64,000 bases of DNA from Octopus vulgaris (lineage: Eukaryota), in NCBI GenBank assembly GCA_951406725.2, contig OX597819.1:27218001-27282000 (forward strand). Direction: 5' to 3'. The notes beneath the pieces were generated by a model. The model made no database searches and was not told the origin of the DNA. It saw only the letters and a program-made list of their open reading frames with translations. Positions 1-13,600 of the stretch are shown here, one piece after another; within the stretch, counting starts at the first letter, position 1, and each line of letters begins with the position of its first letter. Made by a program: the position numbers and the translations under genes.

Positions 1-467
1 AGAAAAATGCCGGAAAAGAAGGACAGAGATGAGATTTGTGTTTGTAAGTGTGTATGTAAGTATAGGTTTGTAATTGTGTGTATGCTTGTGTGCGTGCGTG
101 TGTATGTATGTGTGTGTGTGTGTGTGTGTGTGTATACAAACAAACATACATATTTACATGCGTACATAGAGTAACAGTGATAAAAATAATTAGGCTACAC
201 AGAGAGGAAATATAAAGCTTCATAACTTTCTAGTTCAGCAGGGTTTTCCTGTTAATCCTTACAACATTACAATGCTAAATGTTATATGTTATGTGTGTTT
301 CAGTTCATTGCCTCGTCGCTACACTTTGGTGACAAAGGCAATTATTGTTGTTGTTCATGTTGTTGTTGATGATGATGTTGTTATTGCTATTGGTGTTGCT
401 GCCCCTTTTATTTCGAGTATCGTTATTGTTCAAAAGAGATATGTACACACACGTACGCACGCGCATG

Positions 468-540
<73 letters not shown>
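468..540. repeat. (AGAT)n microsatellite
   Basis: Perfect tetranucleotide run. Similar runs lie at about 17120-17200, 28650-28755, 40850-40930, 41925-42000, 54120-54315, 56040-56320 and 61480-61547. Confidence 0.95.
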
Positions 541-541
<1 letters not shown>

Positions 542-1059
542 CCGTAAATCCTCGAGTATAATTCGCACTTTTTTCCCAAAATTTAAAAGTAAAAATCCCT
601 AGTGCGTACTATATACGAGATTAAAAATGAAAAATATTTACTAAGCAATGTCCGAGTCTCTATTTGCTGTCTAGCAATGTTTATTCAGACGTATTTTGTG
701 ATGTCGGGGGCAAAAATACCCCTTAAGCTAAGCTTGAAAGCAATGAAGTCATAAAAGAATCATCCATAACTTGCAGTAAGCAACATTTATTAAACGTTAT
801 TACTGTTATTTCTTTATTTTCTGCTAACAAAAATCACAAAAAAGCTACACGTTTGCATTATGTTATAAATACAATAATAATAAAGGATGTTACCGTATAC
901 ATTTTTACAAACCAAGAACGTTATATAGACCTCCTTGACTCAAGTTAGAGAAGGGGTGCGTCTTATACTCAAGCTTTGGGTTTTTCAGAGGTACAGCCCC
1001 CTAAAAATCCTCTGAGTATTATACTCAAGGGCGGACTATACTCGAGGATTTATTTACGG
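542..1059. mobile_element. Non-autonomous Tc2/pogo-like DNA transposon (MITE)
   Basis: Terminal inverted repeats CCGTAAATCCTCGAGTATA (542) and TATACTCGAGGATTTA(TTTA)CGG (to 1059), with TA before the left end. It has internal GCGT.TATACTC-like motif repeats and no ORF. Confidence 0.8.
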
Positions 1060-1250
1060 TGTATATCGTTTTTGTATCTTGTTTGAAAGATTCTTTATGT
1101 GAATTCAAGTATTGAAACACATTTTACTGTGTCTAGAGAGAGTCATTATGCCAATATTTTTTATACACAATATTATTAACAACGCTTAGCATGAAGAACA
1201 TGAATACGCAGACTACATATACACATAGATACACATATACGCACGTACAT

Positions 1251-1281
<31 letters not shown>

Positions 1282-1287
1282 ATGATA

Positions 1288-1514
1288 AATAAATGCGCCC
1301 TTTTAAAGTCTGGCCAGGCTCATGGGCCCGGTTTCCCGGTTTCTATGGAGTATGTTTTCCCCAGCTGGACGGGATACCAGTCCATCGCAGCGTTACACAT
1401 TTTTGCCAGCTGAGTTGACTGGAGCAACGTGAAATGAAGTGTTTTGCTCAAAAACACAACGCGTCGCCCGGTCCAGGAATCGAAGCCCCAATCTTACCAC
1501 TAAGCCACACGCCT

Positions 1515-1516
<2 letters not shown>
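1288..1516 (-). mobile_element. tRNA-headed CORE-type SINE (family C variant with GAAACCGGG tail)
   Basis: The minus strand reads GGAGGCGTGTGGCTTAGTGG (A box) and TTCGATTCC (B box), then a CORE-like GTGTTTTTGAGCAAAACACTT...CTCCAGTCAACTCAGCTG, then TGCGATGGACTGG...GAAACCGGGAAACCGGGCCCATGAGCC. Confidence 0.7.
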
Positions 1517-1552
<36 letters not shown>

Positions 1553-1670
1553 GCATGCTCAAGCACACGTGCACACTGGCACGCACAAACAAGCGCGCAA
1601 CAAGGTCTCAAGCAAGGTAGACCAAAGCCTTGTGTGTGGATTTGATTGACGGAAACTGAAAGAAGCCTGT

Positions 1671-1708
<38 letters not shown>

Positions 1709-2742
1709 TTTCGGTAGGAATCGATTAAGGAGGAAAAGGGGAGAATTTCTAATATAGACAGAGTCAGAAATTTATGGATGCGAGAGAATTGTACGTAGAT
1801 CATACCGACTTAGGACGGGAATGGGACTTTAATTTATCGATCCAAAGAGGATAAGAAGCAACGTTTAACTTGACGGGATTTGAACTCAGACCGTAAAGAG
1901 CCGAAGAAATTTAACCAACAATATTATTTTCACTGTTGCTGTTGGCTTTGATTATTTATTTGTTTTTATTAAAAAATACTTTGTTGAGTTGTTTTTGTTT
2001 TGTGTTTTTTAATCTTGTGACAAATATAATAAATTGCCTGGGTTTTCCCTATAAAACGATATCCATCATGGTCATGTAAAGCCCCATTGATTTAACAGGG
2101 GTCCTCTTTTGAGGAACGATTACACAATAGGATAGTTTTGCATTGCTTTCTCCTAAGCCCATGAGAAATGTGAAAGACCAAAACTTCAAACGTAACAAAT
2201 GAATCACTCAGTTATTTGTTTATGGCACGGTCAGCGGTTGCCGGGATTAACTTGTTTGTGGCGCCGTTTCCACTCCCAGGTCAAGGAGGTTCACTTTGCT
2301 CAACATTACTGATTCATTTGCAAAAGAAAAGAATGCAACAACTTCCCAATATTGCCTCTCTTAAACTATAGCTCTTGTATGACTGGACAAGCTGGAACTA
2401 ATGTTTATTGATCACAAATATGGTAAACACTGTAGAATGAAAAGTGGCGTCTCAGAGAGTCGAACCAACGACGCGGTTTCGATTTCAACAGGAAAATATT
2501 TTATTTCACTTACACACATAATGATCGCGAGAAAGGTATGAAAATCACTACATCGCGGTCATTTTCTTTAAGATTATATAATTATCGTATTGGATATCAT
2601 ATACGACTCTTTTTTCCCCAAAAAATGTTTCAAAATATCACCTCGGGTCCTATATACAGTTTTCCCTTCCCTTAAGTTTTGATGAACTAAAAACATTTCC
2701 CTCTAAATATGCGCACCTGAAATTGCGTCTAATAAGTACATA

Positions 2743-2995
2743 TTTAATAATCCTTTCACCTATAGGCAGAATGCCTGAAATTTTGGGAGAGGGAACTAGT
2801 CGATAACATCGACCCCAGTGCGTAACTGGTACTTATTTTAACGACACCAGAAAGATGAAAGGAGAAGTCAACTTCGGCGGAATTCGAACTCAGAGCATAG
2901 AGACGGACGAAATACCGCTTAGAATTTTGTTCGGCTTGCCGATGATTCTGCCAGCTCACTCTCTTAATAATAAGGATAATAAATAAACCAGAAAT
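2743..2995 (-). mobile_element. SINE B copy (tail 2) plus flank; inverted near-identical duplicate of 7265-7516
   Basis: It has the SINE B body and shares private variants and upstream flank with the copy at 7265-7516. Confidence 0.85.
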
Positions 2996-3443
2996 TATTA
3001 AATTGCATCTAATCTGAACGCGTCTAATAAGTACCTCTTTTATGCCATCAAATGCAGGAAGTATAAGATCTGCCACATCAGTTACATGACAATTATAAAG
3101 ATTAAATTAAACGGAATTCTTTTAGAACATAGGACTACGAAGCTACAAAATGAACACTGCAAGTCATTGATTTCCTATGAGTGCGGATAAAATCAAGAAA
3201 CTGTAGAAAACCGACAACAATGAAGTGGAGGACTTTGTTTACCGAAAACTTTCATCCAACACGATAAAGCACTTGCTAAACTTTAGCTACATAACATTCT
3301 CTCGGGTAGACTAGTTTCTTATTTGAAGTTTCGTATACTTTTCACCTAATCCAAGCCACTGATATAAAATATAAACTGAGCCTGCCTTAGGTTTGTGAAA
3401 GGGCTAACCTCACATTTTTAATTAGAGTGCTGGATAATATATA

Positions 3444-3671
3444 TATTTCTTTACTACCCACAAGGGGCTAAACACAGAGGGGACAAACGAGGACAGACAA
3501 ACGGGATAAGTCGATTACATCGACCCCAGTGCGTAACTGGTACTTAATTTATCGACCCCGAAAGGATGAAAGGCAAAGTCGACCTCGGCGGAATTTGAAC
3601 CCAGAGCGTAACGGCAGACGAAATACGGCTACGCATTTCGCCCGGCGTGCTAACGTTTCTGCCAGCTCGCC
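3444..3671 (-). mobile_element. SINE B full-length (tail 1) with 14-bp TSD
   Basis: Head GGCGAGCTGGCAGAAACGTTAGCACGCCGGGCGAAAT, B box GGGTTCAAATTCC, body GAGGTCGACTTTGCCTTTCATCC and tail ...GTGGGTAGTAAAGAAATA. TSD CTGGATAATATATA at 3430-3443 and 3671-3684. Confidence 0.9.
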
Positions 3672-4307
3672 TGGATAATATATAGAAGATCCAGCAGAAG
3701 GATTGATGGTTCGTATCCTGACCACATGACCTCCTTGTCCGGGACAAAGGACGCTTCACTTGCAAATGGCTCACTCCACCTAGCTGTAACTAGGTACCAT
3801 AAGGCTGAAAATGTTTTTGTAACAGGTTGTAGAGGAGGCATATCACGCTGTTCGGTTTATCAAAACCACCTGGATCATCGGTGAATCTAGAGGATGTCAC
3901 GCTGTTACAAGAAGTATCGGTATCAGAACACGAACCATCCACCTGACCTTTTTAATTAAATAAGTGAAATTAACTCTTTCATGACTTTCAGACATGCTTA
4001 GTTCACATCTGTGTGGCGTTTAGCAGGTGAGAAATAACTGAAGCTCCGAATAGGAAGCCGGTTTACCTGAGAAAACTTAGCCTGTGATAACATTGACAAA
4101 ATAAAGCTATGCAAGCACATTTATGTCATAGATAGAAGATTCCTGCAAGCAGAACCCGTCCCTTAACTCTTGCTCTCGGAATGCTAAAGATTCTTGATCT
4201 TTATCCATAGACATGGGAAACCAGTGCCTAGCAATATTCATTCTGCGGATTCATATTCCCCTGCACAAATAATATTCCGCCTCGTTTACACAAAGAGTCT
4301 CTACATA

Positions 4308-4720
4308 GGCGCAGGAGTGGCTCTGTGGTAAGTACCTTGTTTACCAACCACATGGTTCCGGGTTCAGTCCCACTGCGTGGCACCTTGGGCAAATGTCTTC
4401 TACTATGGCCTCGGGCCGACCAAAGCCTTGCGAGTGGATTTGGTAGACGGAAACTGAAAGAAGCCCGTCGTATATATGTATATATATGTATGTGCGTGTA
4501 TGTTTGTGTGTCTATATTTGTCCCCCTATCATTGCTTGACAACAGATGCTGGTGTGTTTATGTCCCCGTTACTTAGCAGTTCGGCAAAAGAGACCGATAG
4601 AATAAGTACTGGGCTTACAAGGAATAAGTCCCGGGGTCGAGTTGCTCGATTAAAGGCTGTGCTCCAGCATGGCCGCAGTCAAAATGACTGAAACAAAGAA
4701 AAAGAGAAAAAGAGAGAAAG
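4308..4720 (+). mobile_element. SINE A full-length (tRNA head, CORE-like segment, internal TA/TG microsatellite, stem-loop tail)
   Basis: GGCGCAGGAGTGGCT...GGTTCAGTCCC (A/B boxes), CACCTTGGGCAA, an internal (TA)/(TG) tract, and tail GTGCTCCAGCATGGCCGCAGTCAAAATGACTGAAAC. Confidence 0.9.
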
Positions 4721-4884
4721 AGGTGCAAGCATGTTTGTGTGATTAAAGCCAAGAGGTTTAGGGGTCAGTGCCATGGCATAGCGCTTTGGGCCGACTAATA
4801 TCTTGCGAGTAAATTTGCTAGATGGAAACCGTGTGGAAGCCTGCTGTATATGTGTGTGTGTGTTTGTGTGTTTGTCTCCATCCG

Positions 4885-5213
4885 TGAAAGCGCATGGCTT
4901 AATGTTTAGAATATTCTGTTCGCGGTCGTAAGGTCGTGAGTTCGATTCCTGGCGGTGCGTTGTCCTGTGTGCTTCAGCAAGACACTTTATTTCACGTTAG
5001 TCCAAGTTCACTCAACTATCAAAAGAGAGTAGTACCAGTAATTCAAAGGGACCAGTCTTGTCACATTCTATGTCACGTTGAATCTCCCTGAGAACTACGT
5101 TAAGGGTACGCGTGTTTGTGGACTGCTCAGCCACTTGCACGTGAATTTCACGGGCAGACTCTTCCGTTGATCGGATCAACTGGAACCGTTATCGTCGTAA
5201 CCGACGGAGTGCC
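4885..5213 (+). mobile_element. SINE C (CORE-type, GGAGTGCC tail) nested in a degraded SINE A (about 4722-5400)
   Basis: B box GAGTTCGATTCC, CORE-like CAGCAAGACACTTTATTTCACG, and tail GAGAACTACGTTAAGGGTAC...CGTAACCGACGGAGTGCC. SINE A halves lie on both sides. Confidence 0.75.
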
Positions 5214-5854
5214 AGTTGTCTCCACACAGAACTTGACAACCAGTGTTGGTTTGTTTACGTCGCTCTCAGTTAGAGGTTCGGCAACAGAGACCGACAGAAA
5301 ACCAACGAGATTAAAATTAAGTACTGAGATCTATATATTCGATTAAACTTTTCAAGACGGTGCCTCGGGATAACCGCATTCTAAAGGCTGAAACAAGTAG
5401 CAGATAACAGATAATCACATAACTATATAATTCTAGGGAAAACGGTTTCATGTACTTCATGAAAAAAAAAAATCACGACAATTCCGGAGCAAAATCTTTT
5501 ACACGTTCTACAATGTTTGCCATAATCGTGATCAATAAAAATTGGTTCTTGCTTGTCTAAGCATGCAGAATCTATGGGTTAAGAAAGGCAACATTGTAAA
5601 GTCTTTGCATTTTTGTCTTTCCCAAGAGTATCAGTGATGTTAAGTGAAGTGAAACTACTTGACCCGGGAATGGAAACGGTGTCACCAACAAGTCATTCCT
5701 GGCAGTCGCCGACCATATGATAAACGGGTATCAGTTGATTGATTCATTCATAGTGCTGCCCTCTTGAATTCTCCCACAGGGCTATTGGTTAGCGATGCAA
5801 AAGTATTCTTGCGTATCATTATTCCAAAAGAGATGGACAAACAGACAGGCACAC

Positions 5855-5902
<48 letters not shown>

Positions 5903-6061
5903 GCTCTGCTGTAGTCAATGTGGCTTTAATTCCCAATTGATGGTTTTCTTTGCATAGGGAAAGCCAAGTAATTGACTATATTTGTCACACTTGCATGAAA
6001 GAGGAAAAAAAAACCCAATAAACTATATTTTTATACCAACAAATAATGAACAACAACTATC

Positions 6062-6267
<206 letters not shown>

Positions 6268-6817
6268 GATAAATGGCGTCTTCTCGAACAAAAAATGAAA
6301 TAAACGAGAAGTATCCTTGGTATCATGACATGATGAATAAACAACTGAAATGCTATTCAAATATAAAAGAGAGAGACGAGAGAGAGAGGGGGCGAGAGAG
6401 AGAGAGAGAGAACAAAAAAGAGAGAGAGGACTAGAGAGAGAGGGAGGGAGAGATTAAGAAGAGGAGGAAGAGATGCAAAAACAGACAAACAAACAAACGG
6501 TCTATTATGTCGATAATTTAGCTGTTTGAGCGTCCTTATTCACTACATCCGCTCTTTATTTCCACAGAAACCATTCTTAATTCCACGCATTTAATTGTCT
6601 CATTGGACCTCACTGGGAATAGAAGTGGTGTTCTCATTTGTTTCTTATTTGTGCTTTTTTTGTTTGTTTTGTTTTGTTTTGTTTTGATTGTTTATTGTTT
6701 TTTTTCTTATTGTTGTTGTTTTCCCACTATTTTATTTCATAATATAAATTATTGCGCTATTTATCACAAATACATGAACCATCTTAAAATAATGTTGTTG
6801 TCGTCCATGCTTTCAGT

Positions 6818-6916
6818 TGAGAAGAAGAAGAAGAAGAAGAAGAAGAAGAAGAAGAAGAAGAAGAAGAAGAAGAAGAAGATAAAGAAGAAGAAGAAGAAGA
6901 ACAACAACAACAACAA
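6818..6916. repeat. (GAA)n(CAA)n microsatellite
   Basis: Visible directly in the sequence. Confidence 0.95.
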
Positions 6917-7294
6917 TCTCTGAGTTTCTTAGACGAAAAACTTTCGTAATTGTTACTCCAAAGTGAGTGGCGTGGTAGCGGTTAGCTACACAGAGCCGCA
7001 TGAAGCGCACGCACCTATCCGTTATAGTAAAGGGGTTAGACGGGTAGACCCTTCTGTCAAAATGGTAAATGGTCATAAGGGAGCCAACTGAGACGTTTTA
7101 AGAACGAAGCCGTCCGTTAAAGACGTCTGTTTTTTTTTTAGTTCTTTTTCCAAGATTGACAGCGCAATCATTGTAGAGGTAATCTACTGGAACCCTGTTA
7201 TTTCATTATTCCTAATAACTCATTCGTTTATTTCGTTATTTATACCCAGACTTCATAGTTTGGATTTCTGGTTTATTTATTATCCTTATTATTA

Positions 7295-8225
7295 AGAGAG
7301 TGTGCTGGCAGAATCATCAGCAAGCAGAACAAAATTCTAAGCGGTATTTCGTCCGTCTCTATGCTCTGAGTTCGAATTCCGCCGAAGTCGACTTCTCCTT
7401 TCATCTTTCTGGTGTCGTTGAAATAAGTACCAGTTACGCACTGGGGTCGATGTTATCGACTAGTTCCCTCTCCCAAAATTTCAGGCATTCTGCCTATAGT
7501 TGAAAGGATTATTAAAGTAGCGAGCTGGCAGAATCGTTAGCACGTTGAACACAATTCTAAGCGTCCGTTTTTACGAAGTGTGTTCAAATTCCACCGAGGT
7601 CGATGAAATAAGTTCTAGTAATTGACCTTCCACTCTCTTCAGAAGCTGCTGGCCTTATACCAAAATTTGAAACCATTATTATCAAGGCGGCGAGGTGACC
7701 GTCTGGAAGGGATGTCCTCGTAGCTCCTTTTCTGCCAACGGTTAGCTCCCCGTTTGCCGGTGCAAGATCGACTCTACACGGCTGGCGCGTCTTCGAATTT
7801 CCGCCGCCACACCGCCCGCCTTTCAGACGCTGCGTTCGTTCGCCCGTTGACGCCCGCGTTTGCCCGCCTTCGCCCGCCTTAGCACACCGAACAAAATTTT
7901 TAGCTGTATTTCGTCCGTCGCTACGTTCTGAGTTCAAATTCCGCCAAGGTCGACTTTGCCTTTCATCCTTTCGGGGTCAATAAAATAAGTACCAGTTGAG
8001 CACGGAGTGTTGGGGTGATATAATCGCCTAAGCCCCTCTCTTGAAAAATTTCAGGCTTTATGTCAAGAGTAGAAACGATAAGTATTGCAGCAGCGAGCTG
8101 GTAGACCCGTAACCAGGTCGGACAAAATGCTTAACGGCATTTCTTCCGGCTTTAAGTTATGAATTCGAATTCTGCTGTAGTCGACTTTATGTTTCATCCA
8201 TTCAGGGTCGATAAAATAAGTACCG
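7295..8225 (+). mobile_element. Cluster of four tandem SINE B copies (tail 2 type, diverged)
   Basis: Heads near 7300, 7517, 7684 and 8090 (GAGCTGG.AGA), each followed by GTTCRAATTC/GTCGAC body motifs. Confidence 0.8.
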
Positions 8226-8578
8226 ATGGATGGGACTGTTGCATCACGTAATGTCGGTGTATTTTGCGTATGATCAACGACAGGCACCCGAGTACCCAAT
8301 GTCAGATCGAAAATATACCAAACCGATATAGCTTAACATTAACTAAACTGTCAATAATGTTAAAACGTGACAAAATTTCGTCCTCTCACATAATGCGCTT
8401 CTTTAGCACGAATCGTCTATACGAGAGGACTTCTTTGGACGATTACTGCAGTTAATGGTGCTCTTAACAACACGTTCAAGTTAAGTTGGACGTGCAAAAT
8501 AATATTCTTTACAAAGGCTACTTCCGCTGTTGAAATATATATATGTATGTATATATGTATGTATGTATGCATGCATGC

Positions 8579-8633
<55 letters not shown>

Positions 8634-8992
8634 TGTATGTATGTATACTTCTTAATTTGAGCAGAGGCAATGCGAGCAGGAACTAAAGGAACATTACTAA
8701 AATCCACACACAAAGATCAAATACTTACATATATTCATTTATATATACAGAACGGATATAAAATCCGACATATATAAATATAATAATATATATAAATAGA
8801 TGAAAATCATATAATATATATAAACATATAAGAATTATATATATATATATAATTTAAAGGACGCAATACATGTCTTTAATTGCTATTAATAGTTCCATAT
8901 GTAGAGAAATATCTCTAACATATTCACTAAACACAAATTATATATAATAACGAACTAAAAAGCAAACTGAACCAGAGAAGCGGCACACAAAC

Positions 8993-9072
8993 ATAGGTAC
9001 CTTAACGTATAGGTATCTTAACGTATAGGTATCTTAACGTATAGGTATCTTAACGTATAGGTATCTATACGT
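8993..9072. repeat. 16-bp minisatellite ATAGGTATCTTAACGT, about 5 copies
   Basis: Direct tandem units are visible. Confidence 0.9.
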
Positions 9073-9107
9073 ATATACATACACGACAGGCTTCTGTCAG
9101 TTTTTTT

Positions 9108-9523
9108 TATTTCTTACTGCCCACAAGGGGCTAAACACAGAGAGGACAAACAAGGACAGACAAACGGATTAAGTCGATTATATCGACCCCAACGCTTAAC
9201 TGGTACTTATTTAATCGACCCCGAAAGGATGAAAGGCAAAGTGGGCCTCGGCGGAATTTGAACACAGAACGTAGCGACAGACGAAATACCTATTTCTTTA
9301 CTACCCACAAGGGGCGAAACACAGAGAGGACAAACAAGGACAGACACACGGATTAAGTCGGTTATATCGAACCCAGTGCGTAACTGGTACTTAATTTATC
9401 GACCCCGAAAGGATGAAAGGCAAGCTCGACCTCGGCGGAATTTGAACTCAGAACATAACGGCAGACGAAATACGGCTACGCATTTCGCCCGGCGTGCTAA
9501 CGTTTCTGCCAGCTCGCCGCCTT
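9108..9523 (-). mobile_element. SINE B dimer (head + two tail-1 units) inserted into a SINE A (9083-9682, minus)
   Basis: Internal junction at 9290/9291. TSD AGGCTTCT(G/T)TCAGTTT at 9088-9103 and 9524-9539. Confidence 0.85.
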
Positions 9524-10171
9524 AGGCTTCTTTCAGTTTCTGTCAACCAAATTCACTCACAAGACTCTGGTCGGCCCGGTGCTATGAAAGAAGATGCTTG
9601 CCCAAGGTGCCATGCAGTGAGACTGAACCTAAAACCACACGGTTGGGAAGCAAGCTTCTTAACCACACAGCCACACCGGCGCCTTGTTATGCTGATAAAA
9701 ATGATTATTCTTTATTTTAACAAATTCTAAGAAGGTTGGTGTTAAGGCTTCAAGAATTTATTGTTTTTCGTTCGTTTGTTTGCTTGTTTTTTGCATTTTA
9801 GGGTTGGGGGAATCTTTTTCCGTATGGATTTTCACATATCGTCAGCGGGCGGGGAGATTCAAATTTGAATACGACTGATATTACACCGACAGCTGAGGGG
9901 ACATCCCCACCTCTGGCATAAATGTCCAATCATTGTTTTGTCACAAGTTAATTTAAACATGTGACGTAATATTTCTTTCTGAAGCATTTTGACGCGATAA
10001 TTATTGTTGACACAATACGTGTTTATGTGTGTGTGTGTGTATATGTACGTATATCTGTAAGTTTGTATGCGTATGTATTCATTTGTATGTTTATATATGT
10101 ATCGTGTATACGTGTGTGTATGCCTTTGTATGCATGCACGCATACATATACATACATATATACATACATAC

Positions 10172-10241
<70 letters not shown>

Positions 10242-10819
10242 GTATACATGTTTGTATGTATGTATGTATGTATGTATGTATGTATACATGTTTGTATGTG
10301 TGTATGCATGCATTGTATTGACTTCTTCGAAAGAAATGTTACTGCTGTTCATATACTTAGTGTTTTTGTTATTGTTTTTGCTATGATGTAATCTTCTGTT
10401 AATAATATTGTTTGATTAGTTATTGCTGATATTGTTGTTGTTGTTGTTGTTTTTGTTATTGTTGTAGTTGCTGCTACTATCCTTATTGCTGTTGCTGTTC
10501 CTATTGTTGTTGTTGTTGTTACAGCTGTTGTTGCTGCGATATTTGTTTTGTTGATGAGCCATTTAGTAAAAGATTTAGCTGTTGTTCTTGTAAACGAAAC
10601 AGCAAAAGAAAAGAAAAAAAAAACAAGAAACATTTAATTAAAGCAGTTTAAATTTCTATCAATACAAAAAGAAATAATAAAAAAATTAATGAAAAGAAAA
10701 AAAAAAAAATATATATATATATATATATAAAGAAATAATGCCAAAAGAAACCTATGTAGGGAGGGTGGTGGAGATGTGGGATATTGAAATTAAACTCCGC
10801 CCCGACCCGACCCGACCTG

Positions 10820-11028
10820 GAAGAAGAAGAAGAAGAAGAAGAAGAAGAAGAAGAAGAAGAAGAACAAGAAGAAGAACAACAAGAACAAGAATTAGAACAA
10901 GAAGAACAAGAAGAAGAACAAGAAGAAGAACAAGAAGAAGAACAAGAACAAGAAGAACAAGAAGAACAAGAAGAAGAAGAAGAAGAAGAAGAAGAAGAAG
11001 AAGAAGAAGAAGAAGAAGAAGCAGCAGC
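10820..11028. repeat. (GAA)n with CAA interruptions
   Basis: Visible directly in the sequence. Confidence 0.95.
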
Positions 11029-11330
11029 ATGGTGCATTGAACCTGTTTAATTTAAATTTGAATAACAAGAAGTTAATTTGAAAGGAAAAGATGGAAGAAT
11101 ACACAGCAAGAAATAGGGAAGGGGTAGGCTTAAGGATATTATTAAACGCGAAATAAAAGGAGAGCAAGACAAAAGGAAAAAAAAAAAAAGCAAAAAATTA
11201 TTAAATTGCTTAGTTTAAAAATCAACAACAGACATTTGTAAGAAATATTAGAATGATGTCGTTTGTAAAACAGGATGAAGAGAATTCGAAGAAAAATTTT
11301 AGAGCGGGGCGTTTATATTGTAATAATACA

Positions 11331-11374
<44 letters not shown>

Positions 11375-11446
11375 ATAATAATAATAATGTGAAATGTTGT
11401 AATAGATAAAGAAATGGGTTCTGTATGAATAATAATAATAATGATG

Positions 11447-11495
<49 letters not shown>

Positions 11496-11977
11496 TAATA
11501 ATAATAATGATAATGATAATAATGTTGCAGATATGATTGTACACTAGTTTTTGTTGCCGGAGAGAAGCGGGGAATGCAAAATGAGAAGTTTGTTATGTGG
11601 TGGTATGGTGGTGGTGGTGGTGATTAATAATAATCGTCGTAGTTGTCATCAACATCGCTTTTGATCATAATAATAATGTAACCGTGGTGGTACTCGTGGG
11701 GGATACACATAGTGATAATGGTAGTGGTATTAGTACTGTTGTTGTTGATGTTGTTGTTGTTGGTGATGGTGGTGGTGGTTTTCACGGTGGTAGTAGTGAT
11801 GTTAGCTGTGGTGGTAGCGATGTTAATGATTATAATGATGGCAATAATGATGATAATGATGATGATGACGACGACGACGATGATGATGCTGATGATGATG
11901 ATAATGGTGATGAAAGCAATAACGGGATAATCATAATAATAATAATTGGATTATGGCTGAACAACAATGAGAAGATA

Positions 11978-12455
11978 TAGGGTTGTCCGAAAAGAAATGG
12001 GTTCGTACCGATTTATAGTAGCTGTAGTATTGTCCCCTCTGTGATGTCCTGTCTGTCCTTGTTTGTCCCCCTCTATTTTGGGCCCTTGTGGCTAATAAAG
12101 AAACAGACTTATTTTAGAACATGGTTGAGTCCATAAAATAGAATTTGACTACACCTTCATTTAGAGCACAGTTTAAGCTATCTTCTTCTTCTTCTTCGTC
12201 CAGGTCGGGTGGTGGTGGTGGTGGTGGTTATTGTCGTCGTAGTTGTCATCAACATCGCTTTTGTCACATAGGTTTCTTTTGGCATTATTTCTTTATATAT
12301 ATAACCTGTGTTAATTTTGTAACCCATTAAAATGGAAGATAAGAAAGTTCATTTTCGGCACTTGATGCTTTGGGAACCAGACAAAAATTGCTGCAGCTCG
12401 GCTAGGATGCGTTACTCTCCATATTCACCAGCTCTGTCCTCCATATTCACCAGAT
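11978..12455 (+). mobile_element. Partial, rearranged duplicate of the mariner left end
   Basis: TIR-like TAGGGTTGTCCGAAAA...TTCGTACCGATTT, MEDKKVHFRHLMLWE at 12332 and a PYSP remnant. Confidence 0.75.
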
Positions 12456-12579
12456 GCTGCTCCTTGATGATGCTGATGATGATGATGATGACGATGGTGA
12501 TGAAAGCAAAACGGGATGATCATGGCTTACATTTTATCGCAAATATGTTGGATTATGGCTGAACAACAATGAGAAGATA

Positions 12580-13286
12580 TAGGGTTGTCCGAAAACTTCG
12601 TACCGATTTATAGTAGCTTAGTATTGTCCTCTGTGATGTCCTGTCTGTCCTTGTTTGTCCCCTCTATTTTGGGCCCTTGTGGCTAATAAAGAAACAGACT
12701 TATTTTAGAACATGGTTGAGTCCATAAAATAGAATTTGACTACACCTTCATTTAGAGCACAGTTTAAGCTATCTTCTTCTTCTTCTTCGTCCAGGTCGGG
12801 TCGGGTCGGGGGAGTTTAATTTCAATATCTCACACCTTCCCACATAGGTTTCTTTTGCATTATTTCTTTATATATATAACCTGTGTTAATTTTGTAACCC
12901 ATTAAAATGGAAGATAAGAAAGTTCATTTTCGGCACTTGATGCTTTGGGAACCAGACAAAAATTGCTGCAGCTCGGCTAGGATGTGTACCCAACCCTCCA
13001 TATTCACCAGATGTTGTTCCTTCGGATTTCCACTTATTCAGGTCTCTGCAGAATAGCCTTAATGGTAAAAATTTCAATTCCTTGGATGACGTAAAAAGAT
13101 ACCTAGATGAATTATTTGCTATGAAACCACCTCAATTCTGGAAGATTTTCAAGTTAAAGGAAAGATGGAGACGCATTGTGCAACAAAATGGTTCATATTT
13201 GGTTGATTAAAAATGTAATGGCAAGTATTTATTGACCTTTTTTCTTTCCTTTAAAAATCGGCACGAACTTTCCGGACAACCCAATA
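12580..13286 (+). mobile_element. Internally deleted mariner (DD34D, mellifera-like) transposon
   Basis: TIRs TAGGGTTGTCCGAAAACTTCGTACCGATTT and AAATCGGCACGAACTTTCCGGACAACCCAATA. The N-terminus MEDKKVHFRHLMLW is fused to a C-terminus PPYSPDVVPSDFHLFRSLQNSLNGKNFNSLDDVK...ERWRRIVQQNGSY, with a stop and frameshift. Confidence 0.9.
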
Positions 13287-13600
13287 TGTTATCGCCACCT
13301 TGACGAGATGAAATGCAAGACTAACACAAGTAGGTTTTAACCTCGGAATATAAACTACTAGAAGTTCGCTACAAACGTTTTAGTACGATCTTTCTATGAC
13401 CACTGTTCCATGCGCCTTCGTACACGTATACATACTTGTATAAGCAACTACATGGAATTACATATGTATGTACAGAAAATGAATCCCAACTACATTTTTT
13501 GTGCGCACAATATGTGGCAGACCACGGTTTTCTTTTGTTGGGTTCTTATTAATTCACACACTCATAGAGAATATGTATACGCATGCTGAGACCTCTTCGG

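Noticed and set aside
4308-4380. SINE heads as tRNA genes
   Set aside because: They have only A/B boxes and no complete cloverleaf, and they continue into SINE bodies.
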